Notes under the pieces: model-generated
What the model saw: only the letters and a program-made list of their open reading frames with translations
Databases searched by the model: none
Told to the model about the DNA's origin: nothing
In this document: positions 46,101 to 54,093 of the stretch, in pieces
Layout of the letters: every line of letters starts with the position of its first letter
Position numbering within the stretch: the first letter of the stretch is position 1
Position numbers and translations under genes: made by a program
Assembly (NCBI GenBank): GCA_018819225.1
Contig: JAHJQN010000001.1
Location: 32,001-96,000 of the forward strand
From: Candidatus Micrarchaeota archaeon
Lineage (GTDB): Archaea > Micrarchaeota > Micrarchaeia > Norongarragalinales > SBBD01
DNA: 64,000 nt
Direction of reading: 5' to 3'

Positions 46101-48905
46101 AGAGCAGCAGACTTGATCGAACAATCCGCAAGCAGTGCATTCGCCGTTGTCGCAAATGAGGCTTTCATCGCACGAGTTGCCGCCGCAGCAGCTCTCTCCT
46201 TGTTCGCCACAATCCTCGGTCCGGCAAATGCCTCCTCCTTCCGGTTGAGAGGAATCGCAGAATTGCTGCAGGGGATCGCAAACCGGAACGCATTGCGCGG
46301 GATCGCTGCAGGAATCCGAGGGCTCGCAGCTCTTGCTGCCTCCATCCTCGCAGCACACATCGTTATCCGTGCAGTAGAGAGACGTCGAACCGCACGAGGT
46401 GGGGAACGTGCAAATGTCGGAAAGGCATTGATAGCCGGCATCGCAAGCGAAATCGGGTGCGTCGCGCGTGCTGCAACACGCCTGGCCGAATTGCCCGCAC
46501 GAAAGCACGGCAAAGTTTTCGGACAACGTGTTGGCCGCGCACCACGGCCGGCCTTCGATCCCGTAATGGTTTCCGAGCCCTTCATCTTCCGGAGTGCGGT
46601 AGTAAACGCCGCTATCGGATGCGTAGGCTCGGTAATGAACGGATAAGTTCTCCATGTTTTCGACGTCGGGTTTCACGCGGATCCAGTACGCGACCTCTCG
46701 CGGGCCCGTGAAATCGTATTCCGCGTTCACCCAAGCGAGTTGATACGCGGCTCCTCCCGTATAATCAATGGAACAAACGCTCGAGGAAACGTTGCCGGAG
46801 AAGTTGCCGTCACCGCGAAGCACGAACGAACCCGATACGTTTAAGGGAATTTCTTGGTGAGAGTGATTCACGATATGCCCGACTTCCTCATAATCAGGGG
46901 TTTGCAGGCGCACGAAAACGCCGCGCGTACTCACCCCTTCCCGGAAGTACACGGAGAATTTCGCAAGGTAGTACTGATCCGCAATCAATTGGGTAACGGG
47001 GTCCAATGAGGCGTCACTCATGCCCGCGAACGCGATGCGAACAATGCTGTCATCGTCCAAGCGAATTAGAATAGCGGTTTGTTCGGATACGTTGTCCGCG
47101 GGAACGGTTTTCGCGGGAATGTTTTTCCTCCACTCGCGGTAAAGCGGCGCGTTAACCGTGAGATTCAAGCGCTTGTCCACGCGCACGAGCATGTCGCAAG
47201 ACTCTGCATTGGCGGCTTCGCAGCTCGCGTGCAGCGCGCTTTCGCCCGTGCCGGCAAGATAGACGGCTGCCGAAAACGTGGTAATCGTGTTGTTGTCAAA
47301 ATCCTTGGCGTAGACGCGAATGGTTCCGCGCGGGTTGAGCAACGTGAGATTGATGTCATCGCTTCCCGAAGAAAGGTCCGCTGAAGCATTACCTTTCAGG
47401 GAACCGTACGAGCCTTTTACGGTTAATAGGGAGCGCGGCAATCCTGCAATGGTATCCGAGCCGCGTGTGATGCGCACGTTGAAGGGAGGAATCCATTCGT
47501 TATCGGTATCAAAGAACGCGATGGAAACGGATTTCGTTATTTTTTGGCCGTCTTCATCATAAGTGGAAATGGTGAGGTTGCCGGAATTCAAGGAAGTGGC
47601 TTTGGCGAGCAGAATGGTCTTGGATTCTCCTGCAAAGAAGCGCAGTGTTTTTCCGGGAAGATACCCGTCCTTGTAGGCGACCGCGTAATACGAGCGAGCG
47701 GGAGCCAAAATAGCCGAGAGTTCGGATTTGCCGGTGGTTTCTTTCGCGACCGTGAAATTGCCTTCGCCTTCGCCGGCTTCAATAATGGCGATGTATGCGG
47801 TAATGGATTTGCCTTGCTCGTCCTGAATTTTGATGAGCGAACGTTCGCCGCCGACCAAAGGAAGCAACGTGAGTGAAACCGTCATGCTGCGTTTCAACGT
47901 CACGGTTTTCACCGCGCGATCGTAATCATCCAATTCGGCAACGATCTTGACTTCGGTGCCGACATCCAGCGAAGTAACGGTGGCGGTTCCGAAACGCGTA
48001 TCCGTTTCAGCGAGCAACGCGTTGGTTTCCGCGTCGCGAATCACGACGTGCGCATCCAAGGCATTTCCATCATCGTCTTTCGTGTTGATCGTGATCGTGG
48101 CCCGGTCGGAGGGCTCGGAAGGCGGGGGATTCGGGCCGTCGTTGCGTTCTTGCCGCATGAAAATCTTTTTCGAAAGCCCTTCATCGGCCGTAAATGAAAT
48201 CGTCTTGGTTTCATAGCCTTCAAGGGACGCGGTAACGGTGACCGTGGCGCCAATGATTACGTGGATAACGGCTTTGCCTTCCAAGTTCGCTCGCTCGCTG
48301 TTGGAAACCAATTGACCGGCATTGTTCGCGTACTCGAACTGAAGTTCCACTTGCGGCAGAGGACGCTCTTGGAAATCAGTGACAAGAAGCGTCACTCCGA
48401 CGATGTTGCTTTCAAGATTGAAAGAGAGAGAGTTGCGTTGTCCGATGACGAAGAATTGTTCGACCTCGCGGAAGCCCGATTTGGATACCTTGATGGTGAC
48501 CTTCTCGCCTTTCGGCAAGCCCGCGAACTCGACTTCGCCGTCAATGGTTTCCCCCGAACGCTCGAATTCCGTGCCCGTGAGTTCCACGAGCGCGCCATTG
48601 ACTTTTCCTTCCTCGGACAACACGGTGATTTTAACGCTGGAGGATTGGGAAAGCATGGGCCCTAGAAGAACGAACATTACCGTTCCGAAAAACAAGAGAA
48701 CGATGAGCGCAAAAATCGGGAAGGAGGGAATGCCGCGTTTTTCAAAAGGCTCGAGAAAGAAACGCGCGAAAGGAATGTGATGCGCTTCCAGCCACTCCGC
48801 CATCTTGTAATACTGTTCTTCCACGGATTCGTAAGCTCCTTTGACCCGAATCGATAGATCATTGAATGCGTTTTTGAGTGTCTCTTGAGGATCCATACGA
48901 GCCAA
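40116..48905 (-). CDS. Giant membrane-anchored surface protein (2929 aa) with about 1000 aa of Cys-rich repeats
   Basis: N-terminal TM; Ig/carboxypeptidase-regulatory-like repeats; CG..G..CC repeats at about 43380-46500; Cys-rich acidic C-terminus. Confidence 0.9.
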   Translation of the reverse strand: MARMDPQETLKNAFNDLSIRVKGAYESVEEQYYKMAEWLEAHHIPFARFFLEPFEKRGIPSFPIFALIVLLFFGTVMFVLLGPMLSQSSSVKITVLSEEGKVNGALVELTGTEFERSGETIDGEVEFAGLPKGEKVTIKVSKSGFREVEQFFVIGQRNSLSFNLESNIVGVTLLVTDFQERPLPQVELQFEYANNAGQLVSNSERANLEGKAVIHVIIGATVTVTASLEGYETKTISFTADEGLSKKIFMRQERNDGPNPPPSEPSDRATITINTKDDDGNALDAHVVIRDAETNALLAETDTRFGTATVTSLDVGTEVKIVAELDDYDRAVKTVTLKRSMTVSLTLLPLVGGERSLIKIQDEQGKSITAYIAIIEAGEGEGNFTVAKETTGKSELSAILAPARSYYAVAYKDGYLPGKTLRFFAGESKTILLAKATSLNSGNLTISTYDEDGQKITKSVSIAFFDTDNEWIPPFNVRITRGSDTIAGLPRSLLTVKGSYGSLKGNASADLSSGSDDINLTLLNPRGTIRVYAKDFDNNTITTFSAAVYLAGTGESALHASCEAANAESCDMLVRVDKRLNLTVNAPLYREWRKNIPAKTVPADNVSEQTAILIRLDDDSIVRIAFAGMSDASLDPVTQLIADQYYLAKFSVYFREGVSTRGVFVRLQTPDYEEVGHIVNHSHQEIPLNVSGSFVLRGDGNFSGNVSSSVCSIDYTGGAAYQLAWVNAEYDFTGPREVAYWIRVKPDVENMENLSVHYRAYASDSGVYYRTPEDEGLGNHYGIEGRPWCAANTLSENFAVLSCGQFGQACCSTRDAPDFACDAGYQCLSDICTFPTSCGSTSLYCTDNDVCCEDGGSKSCEPSDSCSDPAQCVPVCDPLQQFCDSSQPEGGGICRTEDCGEQGESCCGGNSCDESLICDNGECTACGLFDQVCCSWSESNPSDACSDTMQCIGNQCTSATFCGSQENACVGATVCCKDEEYLGQCTLHSVCNDPVICDPLCSEDQYCDASDLENPLCRACDAEHCPLGEPGGMCDPSEQNACPSGYICLQNPGSELGTCTPCGQDNQACCAGDSCSLGLECVNGQCGTCGGMDEACCPGNVCDAPLTCQDSQHGYVCTTPTVCGISQEICTPDVPLCCITDEQTGEGECVANEAACDGVLSSCEPPCTGITYCDATELPASCAPCADLLRENPDQIGDVCPGYCNVFGTLYCEPEGGQQFYCPHYPEGSICQECGQEGQDCCPIAQDQSERSICEGDNLFCTSDSICAERIACGNDVCSGEEECCLTQGGLTCTTDLNACILGPFECDPACQAANNQDFCQVFLGPPTEAACVHCSTLPMNHPMFQLFCADFYCDDSHRTCSTDEFCTTENVCAPLELECTESADCGTFGPNYYCNGANFCEECYQTEQCISPEYGYSPDYRCIQRDDQPPYVRGVCVDIPECSTNEQCREWMNNETFVCAEGVCAPEWYQCLVSTDCEENQLCDGWVCRDITCDDIEICDPGFHCDPDLVECVEDVGPPPTECGGFSEACCSGADPCDYWMQCIGGSCTYPTVCGDSSEACQDNEVCCESGGAKSCTPAAQCTGGFTVSECTPVCDLEDEYCDSTGVNGRCKDAEPICSALDQYCRQANACDQFLLCNQDAYCVDCGEFGQQCCDFGPACGAGYQCWGPSDPDGRICASPTFCGSSENECLGETVCCGSGSHAGECVLENACNDIRQCDPYCEINEYCDSVNLNNDPACKTCDGEHCELGGNNQLCDPNAPQPCDNTNFRCIVSDETIPLGICSACGYETGPCCGSDSCVSDDLVCDTLNASFGQDPFGGSVPDDNIGACEVGNTLCRFGNCITIYFSQYQQCTDPDQSQTGSCQLVPTNGRGGPGFEAHSMKNCDSERCDERQLRIRYVIEPYQLGDSQILTFDFDARPYPFLRFTHGLCGGGQSIDIGEDSIEIPLNNPDCLTGTLFATPWEPTTRVAFTARFYDPENPTRITEFPTHLAVMEGTPQRNPSPLENYLSCNELTLVAINGPRGPYIESSCEKIVFQVDSIFPADAIKADFSGLYKPGLCEGTSYIKFYKDGDLQKPVHTCFVMGTGMGGDAIRYHPTNDAGCAFNSHSMELLEGNVEMQVKCELNGEVLKTIDIEIVKGSTVESVPAIDISTIGYKDAYTGIIPHPYSYYDYNRESESPLRTVYVTDNRQLKGQGDIVKVGQYVPSGNKYLFEGPTAYRSDQGRTSLFTWNKDDESSFGAYLNPRSNVVAGDRTPKIKTVTVPYAEESLSRKIHQQAALDAYYGAGWQTDLERCLAGCDADFLECMDQPDAHRGTCSWQRNQCSLQCYVDHPDELPPNPEEDLDEVQYMKNVLDDFTDYAREVSRKTAFRRAYGYSIWCTKPADELVPADYFNTDICRSLVEDWQDLIVDTGTIEAPCTFCHDTYANTYGQNPTAAELDYCDIRCDDNNGIECDLVSTTDYCAMVDDTATPQFMLGVDCNIHEECIGNCPGDPDYDPNSPSQYEYTFECVAAHPPASGSFSFFREIPASGPDDEPPEFLPFDCQISEENGNCYIPCEGKDVLESNDYCGDVGLCSECRPDGYKTVELEPIYVFTWLNETALHEILVDAFEIDPQSPYKYFVNSPAAKPFEFSMAFQASGNELFNALQDLHDVDYSTNVNQLRNDNPRCTARLGVYNLQTRSQDGEVWQYSGQYKYHIDPLMLQTNYPRYWTDDGAPEGGSGDDDPCGAVKACNLFDPAAAGITPGGTWGTGALRNEFDNLQTNCFAFEWPIVPDYRGADHPIRKPKTDGDEFEHFKTVDVTSDWRKMGFLNIDDGMGNMQYNTNYWFMVHPASQNSNQFLSVYLSRLARWGKSGGSCGLAGKKTRSASFDIVLPYNIDNYPNVFSFVPWGESAWCHNGHNACGTNGCCTDQGYPSSYDRYDGFKQCK

Positions 48906-48995
48906 ACCAACGCAAAAGTTGAAACGAATTTATCAAATGGGTTATAAAGTTACCCTTTATAAAGCTTGTAAGAGAGCGAAACGCGGGGAAACGGA

Positions 48996-50435
48996 ATGGA
49001 CAATGATTTTTCTGTAGAGACGACGAAAGAAATCGCTATTCCGAAGGATCCGCTGGGCCAAGTGATTGGACAAGAGCAGGCCGTGCGCATCGCCAAAATC
49101 GCGGCCAGGCAGCGAAGACACTTGTTATTAGTGGGCCCGCCCGGGATCGGGAAAAGCATGATCGCGCAAAGCATAGCGTATCACTTGCAGCCGCCCACGC
49201 AAGAAATCTCCGTGCTGCACAACCCCGGCAACCCCGAACGCCCGCTCGTGGAAGTGAGGGACGTGAAAGACATTGCAAAGGAGAAGAACCTCGAGAAAAG
49301 CATTCAAGGCAAGTTCGTGGACGGCCAACAAATTCCGGCATTTGTGGCCGAGAAACTGGGATTCCGCTGCCGGAAATGCGGTCGCGCTGGAAAAGCAACC
49401 GAGGATTCGTGTTCGCATTGCGGGGCAGAAAAATACCGTCAGGAATATTCTCCGTTTGGGGATTTGTTGTTCGATCGATCGCCGGCGCCGCAACATCCGC
49501 AACGCGTGCACACCACGCGCATGAACGAGGATGGAAGGGAAGAAGTGATCGTGTACGAGCGGATGGGCGAGCGCGTGCGCATCCTGGATCAACGAGCGCT
49601 CGAACGCATGGACGCCTTGAAGCAACGAAAACCGCGCAAAGTGATTATTCCGCTGGAGCGCAACAACTTCATCATTGCGACCGGGGCTTCGGAAACCGAA
49701 TTGTTGGGAGACGTGCGTCATGATCCGTACGGAGGCCACCATCAAATCGGGGTGCATCCGTACGCGCGCGTCGTGGCTGGCGCGATTCACGAGGCGCACG
49801 AAGGCGTGTTGTTCGTTGACGAACTGTCGACCATGAACTACTTGCAGCGGTTCTTGTTTACGGCCATGCAGGAACGAAAGTATGCGATTGTGGGAAGAAA
49901 TCCGCAAAGCAGCGGGGCGAGCGTGAAAGTCCCGGACGTTCCATGCGAGTTCATGATGATCGCGGCCAGCAACATCAACGACCTGCAATACATTCTCCCT
50001 CCCTTACGCTCGCGCATCGTGGGAAGCGGGTATGAGGTGTTGTTGGATACGTACATGCCGGACACGAAAGAAAACCGGGCGAGCCTGCTTCAGTTTATTG
50101 CACAGGAAATTCGAAAGGATGGAAAGATCCCGCACGCGTCCATTGAAGCCGCCGAACGCATCATTGAAGAAGCGCGGTTGAAAGCACTCCATAATGATGA
50201 TGCGACGAATTCGTTAACGCTGCGTTTCCGTGATTTGAGCGGTATCGTGCGATTGGCAGGAGACATCGCGGTCGTGGAAGATGCGGAGAAGATTGAGAAA
50301 CCGTTTGTTGAAACCGCTATCGAGCGCATGAAAAGCATTGAAGAGCAATTAAAAGACAAGTACGGGAGCATATGGAAAGCAGGCGCTAGCGAATTTGCCA
50401 AGCCGGACAAGCGCGACTTGACGGAAGTGAGATAG
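48996..50435 (+). CDS. LonB-type AAA+ ATPase lacking the protease domain, with a zinc-finger insert
   Basis: QVIGQE, RRHLLLVGPPGIGKS, LLGDVRHDP, GAIHEAHEGVLFVDE, PLRSRI. CRKC..CSHC sits where LonB has TM helices. No Ser-Lys protease domain. Confidence 0.88.
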   Translation: MDNDFSVETTKEIAIPKDPLGQVIGQEQAVRIAKIAARQRRHLLLVGPPGIGKSMIAQSIAYHLQPPTQEISVLHNPGNPERPLVEVRDVKDIAKEKNLEKSIQGKFVDGQQIPAFVAEKLGFRCRKCGRAGKATEDSCSHCGAEKYRQEYSPFGDLLFDRSPAPQHPQRVHTTRMNEDGREEVIVYERMGERVRILDQRALERMDALKQRKPRKVIIPLERNNFIIATGASETELLGDVRHDPYGGHHQIGVHPYARVVAGAIHEAHEGVLFVDELSTMNYLQRFLFTAMQERKYAIVGRNPQSSGASVKVPDVPCEFMMIAASNINDLQYILPPLRSRIVGSGYEVLLDTYMPDTKENRASLLQFIAQEIRKDGKIPHASIEAAERIIEEARLKALHNDDATNSLTLRFRDLSGIVRLAGDIAVVEDAEKIEKPFVETAIERMKSIEEQLKDKYGSIWKAGASEFAKPDKRDLTEVR

Positions 50436-51265
50436 TGGTCGTGACAAGAAACGAAGAGGAGGGAAGAAGGGACCACGCGCAGGCATTGGCGAAACGATTG
50501 TTGGAAAGTGGTCTTGAAAAAGAAATCGCGGTCTCCGTTCCCCTGAAAAAAAGGGCGGGTGGCGGAAACGCTACGTTTATTTACAAAGTGGTACAGCGCA
50601 CCCCCCGGTTCCTCATTGTTCGCGGGGAAAGGCGCCGTAGGGCCGGTCATACGCTCGCGGAATCCGAATTCAGCGATGACGTGCGGCCCGTATTTTTTTA
50701 TATGCCCGCCGACCTCCGACAGGCGAACGCCATGGTCAACGTATCACATCGCAGCGATCTCTCGGATGTGAACCAGTTCTTGGCCCCATTCGCGATCGGC
50801 TTTTTTCGTGCTCATGAGCGCTATCACTCCCTGGAGATCCGCGAAGTGCAGGGGAATTTCGTTCCGCGACATTTAGACTCGAATTCCAGAAGAACGGTTC
50901 GCGCCCATTCGGGATGGCGGCACCGGCTGTTTTGCCACGCCGTCCAATATGCGGATGCGAGGAACAAGCGCTTGGTATTGGATTTGGCGGGCATTCACCG
51001 GGAAATGGAACTCGACCGCAACAGAAAAACGGCAACAGTGATTTCGGGAAGCAAGGACGTTCTGCGACAGTTCAAGTCGGCGGTGGAACGAGAAAAAAGG
51101 GGTATTGAGTATGGAGAAGTTCATGCGAACGAGAAACAATATGAAAGATACCGGGTGAAACGCGGATTCAGTGCCGGTACGCTTTTATACATCATGAACA
51201 CCATTTTCAAACGAGAAATTCCGAGAATAACGGTCATTCGACCGCAGGAAGAAGGAAGCGATTAA
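50435..51265 (+). CDS. Hypothetical Arg-rich protein
   Basis: 276-aa ORF with a GTG start overlapping the upstream stop, filling the gap to purE; no family recognised. Confidence 0.55.
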   Translation: MVVTRNEEEGRRDHAQALAKRLLESGLEKEIAVSVPLKKRAGGGNATFIYKVVQRTPRFLIVRGERRRRAGHTLAESEFSDDVRPVFFYMPADLRQANAMVNVSHRSDLSDVNQFLAPFAIGFFRAHERYHSLEIREVQGNFVPRHLDSNSRRTVRAHSGWRHRLFCHAVQYADARNKRLVLDLAGIHREMELDRNRKTATVISGSKDVLRQFKSAVEREKRGIEYGEVHANEKQYERYRVKRGFSAGTLLYIMNTIFKREIPRITVIRPQEEGSD

Positions 51266-51702
51266 AGTTTCTTCTTATACGATACGAGTTTCGCGCGCAA
51301 TTCCTTATCGTGCAAGGCAAACATTTTCACGCATGCATAAGCGGCATTCTCGGGTTCTAAAATGGTGACGACGCCCATGTTCGAGGGCATGCGCAGAGAA
51401 GAAAGCACGTCCAACCCCGCATATTTCTCGGAATACGGAGGGCAGTTGATGACCGGGTTAAGGGTATTGCCTTCAATGACGCCTCCGAGAGCGTTCGAGC
51501 GACCGGCAACGGCTATGTAAACGACGTGGTTCGCGGAGGCGTCATGCTTTTCCACCAATGCCAACGTTTTGCGCGTGTTCTTGTGCGCGCTCGCGACGTG
51601 CATTTCGCTCGGAACGCCAAATTCAGCGAGTTTTTTTTCAATGCGCTTTCCGTGACCTTCATCGGAACGCGATCCCAACACGATAACGACCTGGTAATTC
51701 AT
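51262..51702 (-). CDS. purE: AIR carboxylase PurE (class II-like)
   Basis: GSRSD, VASAHK, VAGRSNALG, PVINCPP, SSLRMP. Confidence 0.92.
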   Translation of the reverse strand: MNYQVVIVLGSRSDEGHGKRIEKKLAEFGVPSEMHVASAHKNTRKTLALVEKHDASANHVVYIAVAGRSNALGGVIEGNTLNPVINCPPYSEKYAGLDVLSSLRMPSNMGVVTILEPENAAYACVKMFALHDKELRAKLVSYKKKL

Positions 51703-51713
51703 TCCCGTTCACC

Positions 51714-52445
51714 TTATTCAACGAATTTTCTCGAAATTTCAGTTGCTTTCTCGAAACCCTTGAGCACCGCATCCATGCCCGCGACCCCGTCGCGGTAAAG
51801 CTGCTTGTCCAGCATGTTCTCTTTCTTTCCGCCCGGCCAGATGCGCCAGCTATTGTTCGTAATGTCGTCCCCGATTAACAGCTTTCCTTGCGCATCGCGT
51901 CCGAACTCGATTTTGAGATCCACGAGCGAAATAGTTTGTTTCGCAAACGCTTTTTCGATGATCTCGAACACGCGCAGCGCCGTCTTTTTAATTTCCTGCA
52001 GTTCTTCTTCCTTTGCCACGTTCAACGAAACCGCGTGATCGTTGTTGATGAAGGGATCGTGCCGGGCGTCATCCTTCAAGAACAATTCAAACACGAGGGG
52101 ATCGAAGCGCTGGCCTTCTTGGAACGGAAGGCGTTTGATCAAAGAGCCCGTGGCGAGCCTCCGGGAAACGCATTCCAACGGAATCATCTTCATTTTTTTT
52201 ACGATAAGGTATCCGGGTTCAGGGGCTTCGACATAATGGGAAGCCATTCCATTTTTCTTCAATAGCTCGAATACATTTTTGGTTGTTTCCCAATCCAAAA
52301 TTCCTTTTCCTTTCAACACGTCGTGTTTCGCACCGTCTCCCGCCGTAATATCGTCTTTAAAGAACATGATCGCCAGATCAAGATCAGAGGGGTGAGCGTA
52401 AATGGCTTTCGTTTTTCCTTCGCCGAGTTTTTCTCCGAATGGCAT
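51714..52445 (-). CDS. purC: SAICAR synthetase
   Basis: EGKTK, FKDDITAGDG, MIPLECV.R...GS, LVDLKIEFG, DKQLYR. Confidence 0.95.
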   Translation of the reverse strand: MPFGEKLGEGKTKAIYAHPSDLDLAIMFFKDDITAGDGAKHDVLKGKGILDWETTKNVFELLKKNGMASHYVEAPEPGYLIVKKMKMIPLECVSRRLATGSLIKRLPFQEGQRFDPLVFELFLKDDARHDPFINNDHAVSLNVAKEEELQEIKKTALRVFEIIEKAFAKQTISLVDLKIEFGRDAQGKLLIGDDITNNSWRIWPGGKKENMLDKQLYRDGVAGMDAVLKGFEKATEISRKFVE

Positions 52446-52450
52446 GCGAA

Positions 52451-53737
52451 TCACCTAAAAAGCGTTTGGTCCCTCTTGGGGCCGTATGAAATGGAAAGCG
52501 CGGGAATCCCCAGTTCTTTTTCGATGTACCGAACATAGTTCTGCGCGTCCTTGGGTAGAGATGAAACCCCTTTGCCGGAAAGCGCCTGCGGTAATTCGAA
52601 ACCCGGGTGCTTTTCATAAACGGGTTTCGCGTGCTCGAGATCCGCCATGTTCGCCGGGAATTCCGGAATGCGTTTTCCTTTAACCGTGTAGTGCGTGGCC
52701 ACGTGAATCTCCGGCAACCCCGAAAGCACGTCAAGTTTAGTTAAATGAAACCCGTGCAAGCCGTTTACGCGCACCGCGTATTTCAGTAATGGAAGGTCCA
52801 GCCAGCCCACGCGACGCGGTCGTCCCGTCGTGGTGCCGTATTCGCCGCCTTGCTCGCGCAATTGATCCGCTAACTCGCCGGATATCTCGGTTGGAAACGG
52901 GCCGTTGCCGACGCGCGTCGTATACGCCTTGATAACGCCTTCCACTTTTTCAAGCGATCGGGCCGGAATGCCGGCGGAGGAAGCGGCATGGGAAGCAAGG
53001 GTTCCCGTAGAAGTAACAAACGGATAGGTTCCGAACCGGTTATCGAGGAAAGTGCCTTGCGCGCCTTCGAATAAAATGCGTTTGTCTTTCTGAATGGCTT
53101 GATGAATCTCCGTCGAGACATCACAGGCGTACGGCACCAATTTTTTCGAAAATGCTTCGAGCTGGCGCACGACTTCCCATTCCTTGTCCTTTTCCGCCAA
53201 CGGAGTGCGATAGGCTTTTTCGAGCAGCAAATGATAGAATGCGTGGGCGTCATGCACGCGGCGACGCAAGCGCTCGGAATCCAGGAAATCCTCTAAACGC
53301 AATCCGATGCGCGAAGCCTGGTCCGCATAACACGGCCCTATTCCTCTTCCCGTGGTTCCGATTTTCTCCGCGGCCTGCGCTTCCTTCGCGGCATCCGCGA
53401 GTTTGTGCCAAGGAAGGACAATGGAGCAGCGGTAATCAATACCTAATTGTTTCGGGGTAACGCGAATGCCTCGTTCCTCGAGATCTTGAATCTCTTTTAC
53501 GATCGTCTCGGGATCAAGGGCAACGCCTGAAGCGAGCAGGCTGCGCGTTTTGGAGTGCAAAATCGCGGAGGGAAGCAAATGCAGTTTGTATACTTCTTCT
53601 CCGACAGAAACCGTGTGGCCTGCATTGGCGCCTCCGTTAAAACGCACCACGAGATCGGATTCCGCAGCAAGCACGTCAACGAGTTTTCCTTTTCCTTCGT
53701 CGCCCCACTGAGTGCCTATGAGTACGCTGACCGGCAT
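52451..53737 (-). CDS. purA: Adenylosuccinate synthetase
   Basis: QWGDEGKGK, GGANAGHT, GTTGRGIGP, EGAQG, YGTTTGRPRR, TKLD. Confidence 0.97.
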   Translation of the reverse strand: MPVSVLIGTQWGDEGKGKLVDVLAAESDLVVRFNGGANAGHTVSVGEEVYKLHLLPSAILHSKTRSLLASGVALDPETIVKEIQDLEERGIRVTPKQLGIDYRCSIVLPWHKLADAAKEAQAAEKIGTTGRGIGPCYADQASRIGLRLEDFLDSERLRRRVHDAHAFYHLLLEKAYRTPLAEKDKEWEVVRQLEAFSKKLVPYACDVSTEIHQAIQKDKRILFEGAQGTFLDNRFGTYPFVTSTGTLASHAASSAGIPARSLEKVEGVIKAYTTRVGNGPFPTEISGELADQLREQGGEYGTTTGRPRRVGWLDLPLLKYAVRVNGLHGFHLTKLDVLSGLPEIHVATHYTVKGKRIPEFPANMADLEHAKPVYEKHPGFELPQALSGKGVSSLPKDAQNYVRYIEKELGIPALSISYGPKRDQTLFR

Positions 53738-53904
53738 TCGAACCCCTCAATACTACCTCATTGCGCGCAAATTAAAAAGGCTATGGAAAAACGCCGCGTA
53801 TCCTTTTACAAAAGCCTTAAAAAAGGGCGGAAGCAGAATCACCCTATACTGCTTCTGAAGGAGCAAACAAGCTAAAAGATAGAATGCGAGACAGGTTGAA
53901 CAGT

Positions 53905-54090
53905 ATGGTTACAAAATGCGATCGGTGTCACAAGGACGCTCACTTCCTTGAAGGATGCATGACGTGCCAGTTGAATATTTGCCGCGCGTGCCAAAAAAGC
54001 ACGAAGAATGCGGCGAACCACAAGCGGGCCGTCATCTGCAAGACCTGCTGGGGAATAATCCCCAAGCGCAAGCAATGGGAACAGGCTTAA
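53905..54090 (+). CDS. Small zinc-finger protein (four CxxC pairs)
   Basis: CDRC, CMTC, CRAC and CKTC in 61 aa. Confidence 0.7.
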   Translation: MVTKCDRCHKDAHFLEGCMTCQLNICRACQKSTKNAANHKRAVICKTCWGIIPKRKQWEQA

Positions 54091-54093
54091 ACC

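Noticed and set aside
43380-46500. Possible CRISPR array or DNA tandem repeat
   Set aside because: The repetition is at protein level within one ORF; no identical spaced DNA repeats or cas genes were seen anywhere in the window.
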